The notes under the pieces were generated by a model. It worked only from the letters and a program-made list of their open reading frames with translations, had not been told where the DNA came from and ran no database searches. Below, in pieces: positions 50,986 through 60,066 of a stretch of 64,000 nucleotides of DNA (the first letter of the stretch is position 1; each line of letters begins with the position of its first letter). The stretch spans positions 832,001 to 896,000 of the forward strand of contig CAWDXG010000004.1 of the NCBI GenBank assembly GCA_963806225.1. The letters run 5' to 3'. The position numbers were made by a program, and so were the translations under genes. Origin of the DNA: an uncultured delta proteobacterium (GTDB lineage Bacteria; Myxococcota_A; Polyangia; Polyangiales; Polyangiaceae).

Positions 50986-52290
50986 CTACGGCCCGGTAGG
51001 CAGCGCGAAGTCCTTGATCACAGCCATGTGCTGCATGCCGTTCACGCCGGAATCTCCCGCCTGGACCGGCGCGACCTCGGACAGCGGCGTGTACACGCGG
51101 CTGTCGAACACCAGCCCGGAAGCGTAGCTGCTGGCGCCGATAGCGACGGGAAGCTCGCGCTGGGCCAGGGCGGCATTGGGCAGGACCCAGTCGTAGGGCT
51201 TGTTGCGGTTTGCGTTGGTGCGGTCATTGCCGTTCTGGTCCGCGGGGCGCGTTCCGTTCGTGACCACGACGGAAGACAGCTCGCCTACGGCCAGCTCGGT
51301 GGTACTGCCCGTGTTGAGATCGCCTCCCACCACCAGATAGCCCCCCGCAGGCACCTGCGCCTGGATGTCGGCGACCAGATCCTTGGCCTCCTGGGCGCGG
51401 GTAGTGGTCGTGGACGTCTTCATGTGGACGCTCACCGCCCACAGATCGATCGGACCGGGCACGTCGATGCGCGCCCAGACGAAATCGCGATCCGGAACGC
51501 TCTGGTCCTGCCACTCGCCGTAGCCGGTGATCGGGTAGCGGCTCACCACGCCGTTCGGAATGCCCCCAACCTGTGCCTCGCGGTAGAAGCAGAAGCTCGT
51601 TCCGAAAGCCGTGTCGACGAGATCGCGGAGTGTGCCGTGGCGGTACTTGAACTCCTGGACCATCACGATGTCCGGCGCCAGCCCCTGGAAGATGCGGATG
51701 CCGGGCAGCTCGTACGACTGGTAGTTATCGCTGGTGATGTTGGCCGCCACGATGCGCACGCGCACGGTAGCGCCCGCGTCCGGCTCTGCGGCGTCCGCCG
51801 GCGAAGCCTCCGCGGCGGCGTCAGGCAGCGGGGCGTCCGGCGCGGCATCCAGTGCGGCGGCGTCGGACGCCGAGGAGTCGACGGCAGCATCCACGGCCGT
51901 TCCGGCTTCCGGAACGCCACCCGCACCTGACGCGGGGCAGTCGAAGATCCCGCCGGTCGTGCTGCCACCCTGCCCTCCCGCGCCGCCCTGGCCTCCCGCG
52001 TCGACGCCACCTCTGCCGCCCTGGCCTCCCGCGTCGACGCCACCTCTACCGCCCTGGCCCCCCGGAGCTCCCGCCCCTACGCCGCCCTGCCCTCCGGCAT
52101 CGAAGCCGGCGCTGCCGGAGCCCCCGTCGAGCCCGCCGCTGCCGGCGACGCCGCCGGAACCCGCTGCCGCATCGAGCCGGGTTCCTGCGCTTCCCCCGGA
52201 AGACGCAGGGCTGACCCCGACGGGTTCGTCGGAGCAGCCCTGGGCGCAGGCGAGCGCCAGCAACGCGAAAGCAAGCAGAGAACGCCGCAT
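50986..52290 (-). CDS. Endonuclease/exonuclease/phosphatase family lipoprotein
   Basis: AANI, DIVMVQE, NGVVSRYP, SVH, GGDLN, YDWV, QHMAV. Confidence 0.85.
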   Translation of the reverse strand: MRRSLLAFALLALACAQGCSDEPVGVSPASSGGSAGTRLDAAAGSGGVAGSGGLDGGSGSAGFDAGGQGGVGAGAPGGQGGRGGVDAGGQGGRGGVDAGGQGGAGGQGGSTTGGIFDCPASGAGGVPEAGTAVDAAVDSSASDAAALDAAPDAPLPDAAAEASPADAAEPDAGATVRVRIVAANITSDNYQSYELPGIRIFQGLAPDIVMVQEFKYRHGTLRDLVDTAFGTSFCFYREAQVGGIPNGVVSRYPITGYGEWQDQSVPDRDFVWARIDVPGPIDLWAVSVHMKTSTTTTRAQEAKDLVADIQAQVPAGGYLVVGGDLNTGSTTELAVGELSSVVVTNGTRPADQNGNDRTNANRNKPYDWVLPNAALAQRELPVAIGASSYASGLVFDSRVYTPLSEVAPVQAGDSGVNGMQHMAVIKDFALPTGP

Positions 52291-52367
52291 CGTCGTCGCA
52301 GGCTACCCCTGTCGCGTCACGAACGCACGCGCCCTCCCACAGCAGCGGGACGGTCGTGGAGCTCTCG

Positions 52368-52746
52368 CTACGTTTCGTCCGACGGCGTCGCGAGCAGCGC
52401 GTCGCCGATCGCCGCGCGCAGTGCGCTTGCGTCGAAGGGCTTGCGCAGGAGCTTCGCACCGAGCCCAGCAATCTCCGACTCGTCCTCCGGTCGTGCGAAG
52501 CCGCTGATGAGCACGACGCGCGTGTGGGGCCTCTGCATCCCGCACCCACGCGGCGACCTCGAGACCATCCGGCGGCGGCATGCGGATGTCGCAGATGACG
52601 AGATCGAACACCCCGCGCTCGAGCGCCCACAGCGCGCCCGCGCCATCGGCTTCTGCGACCGCTTCGCCGAACTCGGTCGCGATGCGCCGCACCACGCGGC
52701 GCACCAGCTCGTCGTCGTCGACCACCAGGATGCGAAAGCCGCTCAT
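52368..52746 (-). CDS. Single-domain response regulator (frameshifted)
   Basis: ILVVDDD, DIRMP, ISG, RKPF. Confidence 0.82.
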
Positions 52747-53708
52747 GCTTCGCTCTCGTCGGGCGCGATCGGGATGCGCACGGTGAAGCGCGCGCCTCCC
52801 GACGGCGCGCTGTCACAGCACAGCTCGCCGCCGTGCTCGGCCACGATGCCCTGCGACACCGACAGCCCGAGCCCGGTCCCCTCGCCGAGCGCCTTGGTAG
52901 TGAAGAACGGCTCGAAGATCTGTGCGGCGTGCTCGAGCGGGATGCCTCCGCCACTATCCTCGACAGCGTAGCTGATGTGCGCGCCGTCCTGCTCGACGGC
53001 GATGCGGATGTTCCGCGGCGCTTCGGCGGGCAGCGCGTCGAGTGCGTCGCGCGCGTTCGCGAGCAGATTGACGAACACCTGCTCGAGCCGTTCTGCGTCT
53101 CCGAGGAGCCGCGGCAGATCCGATGCGACCTGCAGGTCGAGATCGATGCCGTGCTGTTTCAGCTGCTCGCCCAGCAGCTCCAGCGCGTCGGCGAGGGGCA
53201 GCTCGGGTTCAATGCGGCGGTGCTTGAAGGACGACTGCCGCGCGAAGGTCCGGACGTTGTCGACAATGTGCCCCATGCGCTCGGCGGCCTTGCCGATCAG
53301 CTCGAGGTCCGCGACATGGTCGGCGACGCGGGCTTCGGCGTGTTCGGGGATGAGCTCTGCCAGCGTGCGGATCACGGTCAGCGGCTGGTTGAGCTCGTGC
53401 GCGACACCGCCGGCGAGCTGGCCGAGCGCAGCGAGCTTGGTGGACTGGACCAGCTGCTGCTGGGTGCGCGACAGCTCCTCGCGCTCGTGCCGGAGCGCCT
53501 CGACCAGTCGAGCAACCTCTTCGGCGGTAGCGTTGACCAGGAATGCCAGTACGTCGAGCGGATCCCCACTGTGGTCGCGCTCGGCGCGGGCATCGAAACG
53601 TCCCGCCGCGATGGAGAGCAGCACCTCGGTGATTCGGCCGAGCGCCGGTTCGAGCTCGGCGGCGAGCTCACCGCGGTCGCCCGCGGGTCGCTCAGAGCGG
53701 TCCGCCAT
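52743..53708 (-). CDS. Cytoplasmic sensor histidine kinase
   Basis: AHELNQP, QVFVNLLANA, DSGGGI, FFTTK, GTGLGL. Confidence 0.92.
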   Translation of the reverse strand: MADRSERPAGDRGELAAELEPALGRITEVLLSIAAGRFDARAERDHSGDPLDVLAFLVNATAEEVARLVEALRHEREELSRTQQQLVQSTKLAALGQLAGGVAHELNQPLTVIRTLAELIPEHAEARVADHVADLELIGKAAERMGHIVDNVRTFARQSSFKHRRIEPELPLADALELLGEQLKQHGIDLDLQVASDLPRLLGDAERLEQVFVNLLANARDALDALPAEAPRNIRIAVEQDGAHISYAVEDSGGGIPLEHAAQIFEPFFTTKALGEGTGLGLSVSQGIVAEHGGELCCDSAPSGGARFTVRIPIAPDESEA

Positions 53709-54127
53709 GTTCCTCTACCATCCTGCGCGCCCAGGTTTCGGCCGCCGGAAGATCCGGAAACATCTTCAGCAAGACGCGGGGCCGGTTCAGACCCATGAAG
53801 AACGAGCCGATGGCACGGGAGAGCGCCGAGCCGCACACCAGGGCCAGCCCGCAGTAGAGGTCCGGGTCGGCTTCCTCGGTCCAGACGCGGCGACTGCCGG
53901 CATCCTGCGAGCGCACGTCGTCGAGCACCACGATCAGCGCCGCGCGGCGACCGCGCTCGCGCACGATGCGTGCGAATTCCTCCAGCGAGGCGCGCGCGTC
54001 GGGCTCGGACTGGACGTAGCCCTTGCGTGGAACGGCGATGACGATGTCCGGGGCCAGTTCGTAGTATGCGCCGGCGGCGGTCCCCCCGACCGCGTCTCAA
54101 CTCACCCGGGTCGAAGCCTGCCACGAT
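53692..54127 (-). CDS. Small STAS/SEC14-like protein (frameshifted)
   Basis: Reconstructed ...LALVCGSALSRAIGSFFMGLNRPRVLLKMFPDLPAAETW. Confidence 0.5.
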
Positions 54128-54198
54128 GGCGAAGCCTAGCGCGCCGGGGCCAGCACGTCCCGTTTTTCCGGAAACCTGGAGCGCCCTGTGGAAGGCGC

Positions 54199-55011
54199 CT
54201 AGGCGACGTGCACCAGCCGCCGGAGCCCTTCGCTCGCCAGCTGCAGGGTGCCGCTCGCGAGGGCGACGGCCACCGCGCCGACCGCCAGCACGTGCGGGGC
54301 GCGCAGCATGGCCAGTGTGCCCTGCTCCAGCAGCGAGCCGAGGCTCACCCCGTCAGGCGGGCCGAGCCCGACGAAGCCGAGGGCCGTCTCGCCGAGCACC
54401 ACGCCCGCGGCCGCGGTACCGAGCTGGACGGCGACCGGGCCAAGCAGGTTCGGCAGCACGTGCGCCATCACAACGCGCGCGCGCGGCGCGCCGAGCGCCC
54501 GCGCGGCTTCTACGAACTGCGAATCGGCGAGGGTCCGCGCCTGCGCCACGCTGATGCGCGCGAACGACGCCCACGAGGTCACGCAGAACACCAGGCCGAT
54601 GTACAGACGCGACGGCACCTCCACCGCGGACAACACAGCCAGCGCCATCAGGAACGTCGGAAACGACTGCACCAGATCGCACACGCGCAGCGTCCAGCGT
54701 TCGAAGCGCCCCCGCGAGAGCCCTGCCGCGCCGCCGAGCGGTGTGCCAACCAGGAAACCAAAGAGCGAGACCGAAGCGGCGAGCGCCAGCGCGCGCAGCG
54801 TCGCGTGACACGCCAGCGGCAAGAGGTCGACGCCCGCGTCGCCGCTGCCCAGCGGCCGCCCCGCCGTCGGCCCAGCCCAGGCGAGCTCGAGCGTCAGGCG
54901 CGATGGCGAGTGGTGCGAGAGGAGCGCGTAGAGGCCGGTCCCGAGCGCCAGCAGCAGAGCCGGCAGGAGCGCCAGCAGCGCCGCGCGGCGACGCCTCGAG
55001 TCGCGGTTCAT
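54199..55011 (-). CDS. Peptide/nickel ABC permease (DppC-like)
   Basis: PLGSGDAGVD, FVEAARALGA, HVLPN, ETALGFVGLG. Confidence 0.88.
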   Translation of the reverse strand: MNRDSRRRRAALLALLPALLLALGTGLYALLSHHSPSRLTLELAWAGPTAGRPLGSGDAGVDLLPLACHATLRALALAASVSLFGFLVGTPLGGAAGLSRGRFERWTLRVCDLVQSFPTFLMALAVLSAVEVPSRLYIGLVFCVTSWASFARISVAQARTLADSQFVEAARALGAPRARVVMAHVLPNLLGPVAVQLGTAAAGVVLGETALGFVGLGPPDGVSLGSLLEQGTLAMLRAPHVLAVGAVAVALASGTLQLASEGLRRLVHVA

Positions 55012-56009
55012 TCCTGCCCCCGCGGGTCGATCACGGCCGACAGCGCCGCGGCCGCGGCCTGGGCCGCCACGAACAGGAAGCCCGCCGCGATCACCGACGC
55101 CTCGAGCACCGGGATGTCGCGCGCGGCGTAGGCCTGGAGCATCAGGGTGCCGAGGCCGGGGCGCTCGAACAGCCGCTCGAGCACGACCGCGCCTCCGAGC
55201 AGCGCGCCGAGCTGCGTCGCGATCACGACCGCAATCGGCGCCGAGGCCGGCGGCAGTGCGTGCACGACCCAGACGCGGAGGCTGGACGCACCCTTGGCCT
55301 TGGCCACGTCGAGGAACTTCGCGTTCTGCTGATCGAGCAGAGCCGCCCGCGCGATGCGCGCGACCTGCGCCGCGAGAGGCAACGACAGGAGCCCCGAGGC
55401 GAAGAGCAGCCCGGAGAAGCCGCTTTCGGGATCGCCCGGCAGTGGCACCAGCCGCCAATGCACAGCCACCACGAACGTCATCAGCGGCGCGAACGCCACA
55501 AGCGGCGTCGCAGCGACGACCAGAATGCCGCGGTGCACCCAGTCACGCCCCCGACGCAGCCACGGCGCGACGGAGAACAGCGCCGCGGCGATGCCGAGCA
55601 CGGAGCCGAGGCCGACAGCGAGGCCCGCCAGCCTGGACGTGGGACCGAGCGCCCGGCCCACCTCGGCGAAGGCGCCCACGCCCGGTCGCGTGAGCGAGTC
55701 GCCGATGTCGAGCGTGAACAGTCCGCGCAGGTAGTGCAGGTACTGCAACCACAACGGAGCATCGAGGCCGAGCCGCGCGCGCAGGGCCGCGCGATCGGCG
55801 AGCGAGGCCTGATCGCCGAGGATCAGCGCAGCGGGGTCGCCCGGCAGCAGCCTGAGCGCCAGGAACACCAGCGTCGCCAGCACCACGAGCACGCCGAGCG
55901 CGCCGAGCGTGCGCGTCGCGATCGGCCACAGCGCGCGCCCGACCTGGGCAAGTCGCTCGCCGAGCCCACGGCCGGAGACGGCCCGGCCCGGACGAGCGGC
56001 AGCGGACAT
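55008..56009 (-). CDS. Peptide/nickel ABC permease (DppB-like)
   Basis: LLPGDPA, LGLDAPLWLQY, AKAKGA, GGAVVLERLF.RPGLG. Confidence 0.88.
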   Translation of the reverse strand: MSAAARPGRAVSGRGLGERLAQVGRALWPIATRTLGALGVLVVLATLVFLALRLLPGDPAALILGDQASLADRAALRARLGLDAPLWLQYLHYLRGLFTLDIGDSLTRPGVGAFAEVGRALGPTSRLAGLAVGLGSVLGIAAALFSVAPWLRRGRDWVHRGILVVAATPLVAFAPLMTFVVAVHWRLVPLPGDPESGFSGLLFASGLLSLPLAAQVARIARAALLDQQNAKFLDVAKAKGASSLRVWVVHALPPASAPIAVVIATQLGALLGGAVVLERLFERPGLGTLMLQAYAARDIPVLEASVIAAGFLFVAAQAAAAALSAVIDPRGQE

Positions 56010-56704
56010 CAGTCCGCCGTCGCGTCGGAGGCGTCGCCCTGCGCGGCGTCGGTCGAGCTGTCCACGCCCGCCTCGCCGCTGTCCACGCCCGCCTCGCCGC
56101 TGTCCACGCCCGCCTCGCCGCTGTCCACGGAAGCGTCGGCTGCGCTGTCCGGCGCGGCGTCGCGGCCGGCCTCGGCGTCCGGTCCGGCCTCGAACGAACC
56201 GTACCCGCCGTCGTCCTGCCCGGTGCACACCGCGGTGTCGGCGTCGGCCGACACCGGAGCGCCGCTCAGGGGTACGGCACACACGCGGCCGTCCACCTTG
56301 CCCTTGTCGGCACCGTGCTCGACCACGACAGCGCCGAAGGGGTTGTTCCTGACGTTCATGTCGATGCAGGCATAGCCGGCGCGGCAATCGCTGTTCTTCG
56401 AGCACTTGGCCATGCAGAACGTCCGCTCGAGCCGGGCGCTCCCCTGCGGGTCCGCGCACGCCGCCGCCTGCGAGGGATGCGCCTTGAACGCGACGCAGAT
56501 CGCTTCGCTCGGGCAGCTTCCCGGTTCGCAGTTGAAGAGCGTGCAGTAGCCGCCGGGCTGCGTCGAGTCGCAGAGCCGCCCGCCGGTCGCGGAGCAGTCG
56601 GTCGAGACCGAGCACGCATCGCCGATCTTGGGCGCGCAGCCGGCGAGTGCCGAAAGCGAGAGCAGGAGCGCTCCTGAAAGGAGCATCAGGTCGTGCCGGG
56701 TCAT
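56009..56704 (-). CDS. Cys-rich lipoprotein
   Basis: LAGC lipobox; CSVSTDC..PGGYCT..C; 21-bp DSGEAGV repeats. Confidence 0.78.
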   Translation of the reverse strand: MTRHDLMLLSGALLLSLSALAGCAPKIGDACSVSTDCSATGGRLCDSTQPGGYCTLFNCEPGSCPSEAICVAFKAHPSQAAACADPQGSARLERTFCMAKCSKNSDCRAGYACIDMNVRNNPFGAVVVEHGADKGKVDGRVCAVPLSGAPVSADADTAVCTGQDDGGYGSFEAGPDAEAGRDAAPDSAADASVDSGEAGVDSGEAGVDSGEAGVDSSTDAAQGDASDATAD

Positions 56705-56823
56705 GTGAGGCGGGCGGACTGTAGCAGCAGATTTTCCGGAGCGGTGTGTCGAGTTGACACGCTAGGGGCCGGAGCCTAGAACCCCATCATATCTGCCGTT
56801 TTGCGGCCCCGATCGCGTTCTCC

Positions 56824-57129
56824 ATGGCTACCTACATCACCGAAGACTGCATCAACTGCGGCGCCTGCGAGCCGGAGTGCCCCAACGAGGCCATCTCCGA
56901 AGGCGACGAGATCTACGTCATCGACCCGGAGCTGTGCACCGAGTGCGTGGGCTTCTACGACCACGAGGCCTGCCAGGCAGTGTGTCCCGTCGAGTGCTGC
57001 CTGCCCGATCCCAACCGCGCCGAGACGGAAGACACGCTGATCGCGCGCGCGCTCAGGCTGCATCCGGACGACGATGAACTGAAGCAGCGCGCCGAAGCGA
57101 ACGACTACCCGTCGCGCTTCCGGAAGTAG
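56824..57129 (+). CDS. YfhL-family 2x[4Fe-4S] ferredoxin
   Basis: CINCGACEPECP and CTECVG...CQAVCP. Confidence 0.92.
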   Translation: MATYITEDCINCGACEPECPNEAISEGDEIYVIDPELCTECVGFYDHEACQAVCPVECCLPDPNRAETEDTLIARALRLHPDDDELKQRAEANDYPSRFRK

Positions 57130-57135
57130 CGGGTC

Positions 57136-58005
57136 GTGGCCATCCCGCGGGCCGCTCTCCTGCCGGTGCTGCTCTCGGCCGTCGGCTGCGGAGGAGCCGT
57201 GCCGTTGCTGCACCCTGCGCATACACTTGCGACAGGCAAGGTGAGCATGGGCGGCGGGGTGGCTGCTCAGTTCGTCACGGGAGGCGCGAGCTCGGCGATC
57301 GATCGCGGTCGCCAGGCCGGCGGCGGCACAGGCGCCGTCCCGCAGGATTCCAGCGCCGAGCGGGACCTCGTCGCGGGCGCGCTGGCCGACAAGCTGACGG
57401 CTCCTGGACTCTCGCCCTGGGTCGGCGCGCGCGCCGGGATCGGCTTCACCAGCGACGCGGGCGTGACCTGGACGGGTCGCAGCGTGCGCATTGATGGGCG
57501 ACACGCGTTCGAGAGCAAGCACTACGCCCTCAGCATCGGCCTGGGCGCGAGCGGCGTGCTCTCCCAGCCGGGCGCGGACAAGCCCGGGCAGACTTCACGC
57601 GGCGGCCGCGATATCCCGGGTGTGGATTCTGCTGGCGCCAGCGGCTGGGGTCTCGACGTGCCCGTGCTGGTGGGCTACCGCAGCAGCGCGTCCCTGGTGC
57701 AGGTGTGGGGCGGCATCCGCGGTGGTTTCGAGCACATCGGCGGCGATTTCTACCTGCGCACGGATCTCGATCCAACCATCGAACAGACCGCGCCCGTGGA
57801 TGCCCGGCGCTGGTTTGCCGGCGGCTTGATCGGCGTCGCGGTCGAAATCGAACCGTTCTGGCTGGGAGCCGAGCTGGACGTTGCCTACCAGTCGCTGCAG
57901 GGCTCGCTCAGGTTGGAAGATGCCGCGGGCGGAACCCGTAGCATAGGGGCGACGCTGTCCGGACTGACCGTCGGTCCGGGCGGCGCCCTGGCCGCCAGAT
58001 TCTGA
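57136..58005 (+). CDS. Lipoprotein, probable beta-barrel
   Basis: AVGC lipobox, C-terminal Phe. Confidence 0.6.
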   Translation: MAIPRAALLPVLLSAVGCGGAVPLLHPAHTLATGKVSMGGGVAAQFVTGGASSAIDRGRQAGGGTGAVPQDSSAERDLVAGALADKLTAPGLSPWVGARAGIGFTSDAGVTWTGRSVRIDGRHAFESKHYALSIGLGASGVLSQPGADKPGQTSRGGRDIPGVDSAGASGWGLDVPVLVGYRSSASLVQVWGGIRGGFEHIGGDFYLRTDLDPTIEQTAPVDARRWFAGGLIGVAVEIEPFWLGAELDVAYQSLQGSLRLEDAAGGTRSIGATLSGLTVGPGGALAARF

Positions 58006-59072
58006 TGACTTCCGTAACTGCTTCGGTACCGCGCCCGGCGGAAGTGGACCCTGAGGACGCGAACCGCGACCGGGCCGGCCGTCCGGGGGCGATCGGTCCG
58101 CTTGCCCCCGGAAGGGCCGCGCCGTACCATGGGCTCGTGCACCTGGATCGGTCCACAAAAGCCACCGGGCCCTGCCCCGACCCGGCAAGTGCAGCTGTGC
58201 GCGGGCGCGGAGCCACGCGGCTGTCCGTCGCCCTGCTGCTCGGCGCAGCGTTGACGGCCTTCGGCTGCTCGGCGGAAACCGCCGACTACGCCACCGACGC
58301 CGACACCGGCAGCACGCATGCCCTCATCTCGATCGAGCGCAGCACCGCGGTCGACAGCGACAACGCCACGCGCGCTGGTGCGCTCGCCGGCTTCGTACAC
58401 ACGCCGGCCGATGTCGATGCGCAGGCCGTGCTCGGCCTGGTCGGCCTCGCGCAGAAGCTGCCCTCGCCGGGTCAGTGCGCCACGCTCACCGGCGCGACGC
58501 ACGTGTCGTCGATGGGACACGTCGAGCTGCTCGAGGCCGGTGACATCTCGGTCGATGTGGCGGGCAGCTCGACCACGCTCGCGCCGCGCGCCTTCCCGAC
58601 CGTGACGGACCGGGTCTCCGGCGTGATGTACACCACGCGGGACCGCTCCGAGCCGCTGCCCGCCGCCGCGCACTATACGATCCAGAGCTCCGGCGGGATG
58701 TCGGTGGCGCCGCTCACACTCGAAGCCGACGCTCCGTCTGCGCTCGAAGGCGTCACGGCCGGTGGTCTGCCGCTTTCGGAGGTGGGCGCGCTGTCGACAA
58801 GCCAGCCCGTCGACGTGACGTGGAACGTCGGCAGGCCGGGTGACCTCGTCTACGTCGAGCTGTCGCGGATCGACGGCTCGAGCAGCACGGTGTGCAGCTT
58901 CCGCGACGACGCCGGAAGCGGCACCATCCCCGCCCGCAGCGTCGCACCGTCGCAGAACGGCCGGCTCTCGTTCCACCGCCTGCGGGAGCGCACGTTCGCG
59001 ACCGGCGACATCCAGGACGTGGAGCTGCGCTTCGACTTCGAGTTGGCGGCCAACGTCAGCTTCATCGAGTAG
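58005..59072 (+). CDS. Hypothetical lipoprotein
   Basis: AFGC lipobox (true start probably later); beta-rich body. Confidence 0.6.
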   Translation: MTSVTASVPRPAEVDPEDANRDRAGRPGAIGPLAPGRAAPYHGLVHLDRSTKATGPCPDPASAAVRGRGATRLSVALLLGAALTAFGCSAETADYATDADTGSTHALISIERSTAVDSDNATRAGALAGFVHTPADVDAQAVLGLVGLAQKLPSPGQCATLTGATHVSSMGHVELLEAGDISVDVAGSSTTLAPRAFPTVTDRVSGVMYTTRDRSEPLPAAAHYTIQSSGGMSVAPLTLEADAPSALEGVTAGGLPLSEVGALSTSQPVDVTWNVGRPGDLVYVELSRIDGSSSTVCSFRDDAGSGTIPARSVAPSQNGRLSFHRLRERTFATGDIQDVELRFDFELAANVSFIE

Positions 59073-59103
59073 CGGACGCGCTACCGCGGGGGACGCGGAA
59101 TCC

Positions 59104-60066
59104 ATGCAGCGGCTCGCGTGGTGTCTGGCGATGCTCCTTGCGATCGCGCTCTTGCCCGGACGCGCCGTGGCGGCCCATCACGCGCATCGCCCGGGCCATC
59201 ACCACCGCCGCATGTCCTACGCCCGCTATCGGCACTACGTCAGGCTCTGGCACAAGAAGGACCCGAAGCGCAAAGCGCCGCTCGACGCGCACGGCCGCCC
59301 CGAGCTGGTCATCGAGAGCATCAACACGCGCGAACAGATCGCGCTCTCGCCCATCAGCGACCGGGGCGGCTTCTCCGCAAGCGAGCTCGAGCGCGCAGCA
59401 CGCGTGCTGCGCGACCAGCACACGGGCAACGAGTTTCCAGTGGACCCGGGGGTCGTCGACATCCTGTACAGGCTGCAGCGCCACTTCAAGACGCACAGCA
59501 TCCGCGTCATCTCGGCGTACCGCACACCGCACCGGGGCAGCCACTCGCGCCACGGCCAGGGCCGCGCCATCGATCTGGTCGTCCCCGGCGCCAGCGACCG
59601 CGCGGTCGCGCGCTTCGTCCGCGACCTCGGTTTCTGCGGCGTGGGCGTGTACACGCGCAGCGGCTTCGTGCACGTCGACGTGCGCGCGCGAAGCTACTTC
59701 TGGGTGGATCACAGCGGTCCCGGGCAGCCGAACCGCGCGCGCACGGTACTCCGCAAACTGGCGAAGGGAGTCGACCGCCGCGCGCTGGCGGCGGGGTGCC
59801 CGCGCCCGCACGCCAGTGTGCGGCCCGATCCCGATGTCGAGGCCGTGTGGAACGCGGACTCGGTCTGGCCCGAAACCCGCCTGGCTCGACAACTCGCCGC
59901 ACACCGGGCCGAGCCGGCACCCCAGCGTGCCCATGGCGGCGACCAGGACGCGAAGGGCAACGTCGCCGCGGCGACGAGCGACCAGCACGCCGACGACTCC
60001 AGCAACGACGAAGCCAACGACGACGACCGGACCGCCGAACAGGCCGCCGAGCGCGGGGCGAAGTGA
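59104..60066 (+). CDS. YcbK/DUF882 (M15) peptidase
   Basis: ISAYRTP, SRHGQGRAID, GVGVY, FVHVDVR. Confidence 0.85.
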   Translation: MQRLAWCLAMLLAIALLPGRAVAAHHAHRPGHHHRRMSYARYRHYVRLWHKKDPKRKAPLDAHGRPELVIESINTREQIALSPISDRGGFSASELERAARVLRDQHTGNEFPVDPGVVDILYRLQRHFKTHSIRVISAYRTPHRGSHSRHGQGRAIDLVVPGASDRAVARFVRDLGFCGVGVYTRSGFVHVDVRARSYFWVDHSGPGQPNRARTVLRKLAKGVDRRALAAGCPRPHASVRPDPDVEAVWNADSVWPETRLARQLAAHRAEPAPQRAHGGDQDAKGNVAAATSDQHADDSSNDEANDDDRTAEQAAERGAK

